Shown: one piece after another, positions 41,174-64,000 of the stretch | Numbering within the stretch: position 1 is the first letter of the stretch | How the letters are laid out: every line of letters begins with the position of its first letter | DNA from: Bugula neritina | Lineage: Eukaryota; Animalia; Bryozoa | DNA: 64,000 bases | Direction: 5' to 3' | Assembly: GCA_964035545.1 (NCBI GenBank) | Contig: OZ037773.1 | Coordinates: 3,315,751 to 3,379,750 of the forward strand | Position numbers and translations under genes: made by a program | Notes under the pieces: model-generated | The model's input: only the letters and a program-made list of their open reading frames with translations | Database searches by the model: none | Told to the model about the DNA's origin: nothing

Positions 41174-43346
41174 GTGGTTTCTGTCAAGTAGTGCTGACTT
41201 TAACTCACTAGGCAATCAGCGTACTCTAAATGTTCTAGCATTATAGTATATATTCCAGTGCCATATATTTTTCTATTGTTGAAATTTATGTTTCTTCTTT
41301 TGGGATGTGATTTATATCAACTATGAAATAAGATTTTTCTTCGGTTGTGATTATGCATTCATCAAGTGTAATTTTGCAAATCATTTGTCCTCAAATTGAG
41401 GGTTTCAACTTTGTCAATTTTATAAGTTAGGATCATGAAAATTTAGCTTCTTATCTACATATTTGAAGATATGTATTAAGAAATTAAATTTTTGTGACTT
41501 GGTAAGAGAATAATATTTAGTACTATACTTCTGTCTGTTTCCACGTGTACTTCTGTCCGTTTCCACATGAATGTTCAAGATATGCGCCTTTTTATATTCA
41601 TTGCTGCCAACACCACATGCCATCTTTTCTTGTCATTCTTCTTGTAGCTTATTAATTTGCTCAAATTATTTTTGTCGCATTATGTTGTATAAATTATATT
41701 TTAATAAAATATCTACTCGTATTGCAGTATTATTTTTATATTACTTTGTAATATGGACTCAAAATAGTATATTCTCAGCTTTATTTGGTACACCACAAAA
41801 TTTAAAATTAATCCAAATCTGGCCAGACCTGAGCCTATAAGCAATTACATTTTTTTCCCTTTCCATATCAAAGCCCCCAGTCTGTTGCCTTCACGGTGAC
41901 GCCAATCAAACATGGGCTGTTATTATTGAAAGACACCATTATAGTTGGATTTAATGCATGGAAAGACAAAGCAGTTTTGGAGGAATTGAAAATGGCCCTT
42001 GTTCTAGATTAAAATGTAGCATAAGAAGTTGTGCTCTCATGAAAATTTCAACCATGCCCCACGCCAAAATTTATAAAGCAAATTGAAGAACTCGGGCTGT
42101 TAAAATTTCTCCACTATTGCACCTAAATAAAGACCGGGACATAGTATACATTTACTATTTATATCTGTCCAGACATTTCTTATTAGTTCTGAATCAATCA
42201 ATACTTGCAACTCATTCAGATGAAATATTATAATCCGTTTATTTTGTATAATACTAAGAGCTAAGTTTAACAACCTTTGAGTTATGATGATAGCATACCC
42301 TCTTCTCAAGTATGGCCTAGTATACATAAACAGCAATATTATAATAGTTGATTGAATGGTTTTACAGCACCATAAACTTTGTATACAATAAACAATTCAG
42401 TCCTGCAGTTTAGCAGCTTGCTGCTGCGTTATATTTGCAAAGGTTCTCCATAAGTTCTGAAGAGGGGGGTGAAGTTTTTAAATCAAAATGGTTGTGTTTA
42501 TTTCTTTTCAAAAAGTTTTTTTTCCAATTTCCTTTTTGTAATTCTTAGGTTTTGGCAAAAAATTATCTTAATAATTTATATTGTACATGATTGGATAAAG
42601 CCTAGAAATAGAACTTATAAAGTTTGGGTTGTGTACACTGCCCCCCTCCTAATTTTACTAGATGCATAGATGATATCTGTGCATGCATCTCCAACAGCTT
42701 TACTACAGGGGAATTTATTTGAAGGGAGTGCATCTGTGCACCTTAACATTTGGAATCAGGTAATTTACACAGCTTTTACTTTATAGGGCATCAGTTTTAA
42801 TAAAATATTTTTCTTAGTTAACTATTGCTTGCAAATAAATCAAGCAAATAATCAATGTCTTGTAATTAATTTAATCTTTTTGAAAGTATATAGACCTATT
42901 TACTAGTTTCATTAAATAATTAACTATTTTTTTAAATTTGAAAGGATTTAATTAAATGCGCTATACTGGTTGAGTCAATTTTGTTAGCAAGATACAAGAA
43001 GTAAGAGTGTACTTTATCATTATACTGTCTCTATTTAAGTGCAGTAAATGTGTTGCCATTGATTCAAGTAATACTTAGTAGCAAAAAGTTGATGCATATC
43101 CTTGATGTTTTGAGATAATGGTAATTGTAAAGTATAGTAAAGTATACTATGCAGTCAAGTCTACTATACAGTAAAGTATATTACATGTACATTAAGATAT
43201 TCTATACAGTAGAGCATACTATAATATAGTAAAATATACTATAGTATATATGGTAAATTATACTACATGGTAAAGTATACTGCAGTCTATATAGTAAAGT
43301 TATACTATTTATATTTGGTTAATTTCTCTCAGCAGCAGGCGAGGTG

Positions 43347-59145
<15,799 letters not shown>

Positions 59146-60180
59146 AGAACCCTTGGCTATATCATGGGTTTACATGAAATATTTCATGATCATCTGCACC
59201 TGACTTAGTATTAGGTGGCAAGTTTGTGGTGTGCTTCTAGTGTGAACTTATTTATATAAGAAATTAGGAGTTATTTTTCATGTGGGTAAATTGTTTTGTA
59301 CAAGCTATAGGTTAAAGTGGTAGAGTAGCAACAATGAATGTGTATTTTCATATATCAGGTTTTAGATAGTTTCTCAGCTTTTGTCTTTCTATATTATATT
59401 TTTTCATTAATTAACTATTAAACTCAATTAAATCTTAGTCTATGGATGCTTGGAAATTTTCAAGACTGCGAACAAATGTATTATCATTTTTTTATTTTTA
59501 TTTTGTTTACGAGTGTTGAATTGTTTTCTTCTTTATTTTAATAATCTATAATTATATATTGTGCAATGTGTTATATAATATAAGAATAGAATGACGTAGT
59601 TCCATATTGTAGTATTGCTATACAATAATACAGAAATATTTCTGTAAAAACGCATCTGCTTACTTAAAGCATTTAAAATATACCAGCCTCATTGAAATTC
59701 TTCATAAAATGCAGAAACAAGATTTAAATATCGCCATCTACATCAAATTACCTGATCGTTTTTGATCTCAATCTGGTGATGTGTGATTTTTATGTGTATC
59801 TAAAAGATGTATTTGTACGCTAGATAGCTTATAAACGTGTTGTGGAATAACTAATTCATTGCAAATAGAGGTTGAAAAAACTGTTTCTATCAAAAGAATG
59901 TCGTTTTTTAAATGCTGACTTAACCAATTATTCAAATTTATAGAAAATTTTCTCTTAAAATAAAATATGATAGCTGTAAAACCATCAGAACTACAAAATT
60001 AATAAAATACACTCCCGCTGCTTTTCTTATAGTAGTACCTTATATCTAACCTTATATCTAACCTTATCTATAACCTTATATATAACCTTATATAAACTAA
60101 AGTTTGTTGTAATGGCCTTTGAGCAATACTCAAACTGTGACCATATTTGGCACAGCATTTGGTTTCTGCACTGAGCATGC

Positions 60181-61064
60181 TCAGTTGTAGCCCTTCCAGG
60201 CGTAAGAGTTCACTGATCCCATCTCTCTGTATATAGAGTTACGCTGAGTTCGGTTGGTATCTGGCGTTTTCTCAAAGCTGTTCTGCATGAGTCGTCCAAC
60301 CTGCATCATAAGAAAGGAAAGATAATTCCGCATATTTTGAAACTTTGCAGTGTTATCTTCACCCGCATCAGTACGTGAAATATGAATTTCAATAGCTGAT
60401 ATCTTTATCATATAGGATGTAAAGCCAAACTCACTTTCAAATTTCTGCATAAATAATATCATTATTGAAAATTTCATACAATATAGGCCTAATAATAATA
60501 TAATAATGGTAATATATATATATAATGAAAATATTATACAACCTATAAAAATAATGATAACTAATATGATATTTGAAATTTTCTGCCGATTCTGTTGGGC
60601 ATTTAGATAAAATTATTTGTATAAGTTGTATTCAGTAGTGTGTCTTTCTATTCTCCATGCTGTTTGTAGAGAGCTGGAAGGCTTACCCTCAAGAGGGTGG
60701 TAATTACCTTACCACCTGTTTATAAGGTTACCCTATATGAGATTTGTATTCAACATAATACTTGTGAAGAGGATTACCCTATATGAGGGTTGTAGTCAGC
60801 ATAATACCTGTTAAGAGGATTACCCTATATGAGGGTTGTACTCACCATATCGTTTATCTGTGTAGAACTGAGAGGTCTACCCTCATGGCGATGGTGCTCT
60901 CTCTCCCTGTACTTCTTATTCACATGCAGTCTGCTCACGCTCTGATCTACTTCGTATTTCGTCATCTTCTGATACCCTAAACCAAAGTTTGGCTTTAGAA
61001 TCGTCCCCCATGGCTGCTTTGAGCTCTTCGGCCTCACAGATGATCTTATAGCAGCTGAAGACAT
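60181..61064 (-). CDS. Uncharacterised small basic protein, about 112 aa, two coding exons
   Basis: Exon 61064-60846 (MSSAAIRSSVRPKSSKQPWGTILKPNFGLGYQKMTKYEVDQSVSRLHVNKKYREREHHRHEGRPLSSTQINDM, donor GTGAGT) joins in phase 0 to 60300-60181 (VGRLMQNSFEKTPDTNRTQRNSIYREMGSVNSYAWKGYN*). An acceptor lies about 30 nt upstream of the ATG. Confidence 0.7.
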
Positions 61065-63168
61065 GACCTCTTCTCTGGTCTCTCAGTGTTCTTCTAAAGG
61101 CAATGGTTTTTATTATTTTTAAAACAGAGGCTTGTAGACTAGTTTTATATGCAAGTAGTTTTAAAATATAACTATAATATGTAGGCTCTATGAAATGTTC
61201 CTTGAAGCAAATTTGAAATAAAATTTGCCTTAGCAAAGTGCCAGCTTGCTCTTGATTGAATAAGAAAACATAAATACTTATAAGTTCCATATAACTTTTA
61301 ATGAAAGAATGGTATATATAAAACCACTATAGTAATACTGTTCTATGCTAATTTCGAGTTGACTATTAACAGCAATAAATTTCCTTATCTAAGAATACAA
61401 AAGTCAAACCCATGCCTCCATACTCACCTGTCTTATTAAAGCTGTTAGCAATGACAATCTAGATAGATTATACAGCATACCAATGTGACTTTTCAACAAG
61501 TTAGCTTTAATAATCGATTTATTATTTGTATTTAAAGCAAATTTAATTCTAATCGGCTTTCCTATTTGATGTTTAATCAATTGTTTAATCAATACTAAAG
61601 CATTTGTTTGGATTGGCACCAGAAGGGGTTATTAATACCTAATAACTCTAACTTAATCAAGTGAGTTTGAATAACCACAGCCAGGTATTATTGTATTTGA
61701 GTTAACTATAAAACTGAATGATGCAAGGCCTGCGAATCAAATCGTTGGGCAGTCTAGGAGTTTGCAAAAATAATAACAAGAAGGAGTTTACTTTGAAGCA
61801 AGATCAGTCCAAAGGATATTAAATGTCTGCCTTTGAACCCTTTTGTTGGAATATTTTCTTGTTTCAAATATCAATCATACCGATATTTTGCTTTCAGAAT
61901 GCTATATATAATAATAGACAGTTATATTGCATCATAGATTGAGGCTGTAATAATATACAATATGTGACCAGTATAGTACACTCACATATTATAATAATAG
62001 TATAGTAAGTATAATTAGCTATGTACACTAACTATACTTGACTATAATTATTATAATGGATATTAATATTAGTGTTATGCTGAGTATATACCAACATATA
62101 ATATATAAATAACATAACAATAGGTACTAACATATATATTTATAGTATATAAATACTAATAACTAATATGATACTTTAATATAACACATAATTGTACCTT
62201 TAGCAAATAATTGTAGCATTTACAGTTTCAACTAGTATACCATAACCAAATTAACAAATAATGCTCTTAATGCTTAGGTCTCACTCTCTAAAGCCTAATT
62301 AAAGGTTTCACTTGGCAGCCTTTTTTTACAGGTTCATACCTGGGCTTCACTAATTATTGATCTTAGCCCAGTTTCCTAAAGTAATTGCAGCATCTGCCTG
62401 AGCTATTTAGCATTTGCCACTTGCCTGCACATAAATGCAGCTTCTACTTGTTAGACAACACTTACACACTCACTCAAGTTTATAGCAGTTATCCCTGTAA
62501 GAAACCGATGTGATTGAAAGGGCATTTTAAAGCAGGCTAAGGACTCATACACTTACAAACTAGCATAATAAATATCAAAACACAAAGAATGGCAAATTGT
62601 GCTCATGAAAGGTGCAGAAGCAAACTAACTAATAACTATCACACTAGCACCTACCTTTCAATTGGTGATATTGGCCTTCCTATCAATCACACAGACTGAA
62701 ATATAGAATTTATAATTCAAAGGTAGTGCACACAGCATATGCTGTCAATCTATTATAATGTCATGATCAGCAAATATCAATTCTTTATCTGCAGGCTTAT
62801 AAAAACATACAAACCCTATTGACCATCAACTACTCTGATTGAATCTATGAAAATCAATATATAGCCTACTTGTAGGCTGTTGAAATATTCCTACCATACT
62901 GAGTATATACTTGTTCCACATTGCAAACTCATGAGAGCTAAGGCTATATTTTCCCATGTCAGAATATCCCAACATAGAGGACCTTTACCTCTATCCCTAA
63001 CTTCCATTATAATATATTACAGAGCTGTAGATCTAACACACCTCACTACACTTTACATAGGATAGCTGTACAGGAATGTAGATCTCTCCATTTCTATCTA
63101 CGCCAGAATATATTTAATATGCCTACTATTTTATATACATATATAACATTATATATATATTTTTTTTG

Positions 63169-63202
<34 letters not shown>

Positions 63203-63307
63203 GTATATATATAATATATATATATATATAATATTATAATATAATATTATTATCAAAAAAAAATATATATATAATGTCAAAGATAAGATAACTCTATTTT
63301 CATCATT

Positions 63308-63491
63308 TATCACATAATATATTAACATAAAATCTATTCTAACTACCTATCACATGTTATATTAACATAAAATCTATTCTAACCATCTATCACATGGTAT
63401 ATTAACATAAACTCTATTCTAACCATCTATCACATAATATATTAACATAAACTCTATTCTAACCATCTATCACATGGTATATTAACATAAA
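63308..63491. repeat. 40-bp tandem repeat, about 4.5 copies
   Basis: Unit atcacataatatattaacataaaatctattctaaccatct. Confidence 0.92.
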
Positions 63492-63807
63492 TGAAAAAAT
63501 TAAAGCTTTGGTAAGTAGTAGTAATTAGAAAGTGCAAGTATTACCAAGAACCAAGAACTAGATATGACGAGGTTACTAAAAAATTAGAACTATGTAGAAA
63601 CATAGCTATATACGTACAGACGTCAAGAGTATGATAGAAATAAGTGTAAATGGGTTTAAATAATCAAACAAATAAAAATTAATCTGGAACTACAAAACAG
63701 CTCAGACATAACGTAAACTATAGTAGAAAATCTAGCAATTGTGTTTCATTAAAAAGTTGCTAATAAAATTTGCATAATACTAATGTTACTTTGGAAGTGT
63801 AACTAAT

Positions 63808-64000
63808 GTGTTGCCAAGGAAGCATAACTTTCATGTTGCTAAAGAAGTATCACTTTCATGTTGCTAAGGAAATATAACTTTCATGTTGCTAAGGAAGTAT
63901 AACTTTTTTGTTGCTAACGAAGATCAATCTTTATGTTGCTAAGGAAGTATAATCTTCATGTTGCTAAGGAAGCATAATCTTCATGTTGCTAAGGAAGTAT
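63808..64000. repeat. 25-bp tandem repeat (tgttgctaaggaagtataactttca), at least 8 copies, runs off the window edge
   Basis: Direct periodicity. Confidence 0.92.

Overview
AT-rich, intron-rich genomic DNA from an invertebrate animal (a lophotrochozoan origin is plausible but only inferred). Gene models were built by hand from GT-AG boundaries and reading-frame continuity. In order they are: a 20-exon hnRNP U/SAF-A-family gene (686-8580,+); a solitary replication-dependent core histone quartet H3/H4/H2A/H2B without H1 (9487-12367); a divergent Rab1-like GTPase (-) head-to-head with BAF/BANF1 (+); a Tctex1-domain dynein light chain gene (-) plus a decayed partial duplicate; ZIP9/SLC39A9 (-) head-to-head with MOSPD2 (+); a shortened papilin-like gene (signal peptide, one Cys-rich repeat, 6 Kunitz, 5 Ig, PLAC); and a small uncharacterised basic protein gene (-). 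tRNA-derived SINEs, MITEs and many intronic minisatellites are interspersed. The best candidate for an undescribed system is a splicing-control module inside the hnRNP U NTPase-domain coding region. Intron 11 folds by eye into a multi-helix structure that masks a stop-generating alternative acceptor, and intron 10 carries four perfect GTAAGT donors within 85 nt plus frame-breaking micro-exons. Other notable signals: an exact 16-bp element shared by both histone bidirectional promoters; a hexamer-periodic sequence texture at the 5' ends of the housekeeping genes; an adjacent Forkhead+RFX motif pair in a ZIP9 intron; a mosaic pair of Kunitz exons; and a GC-AG intron. No database searches or folding programs were run, so all structures and homologies are by inspection.
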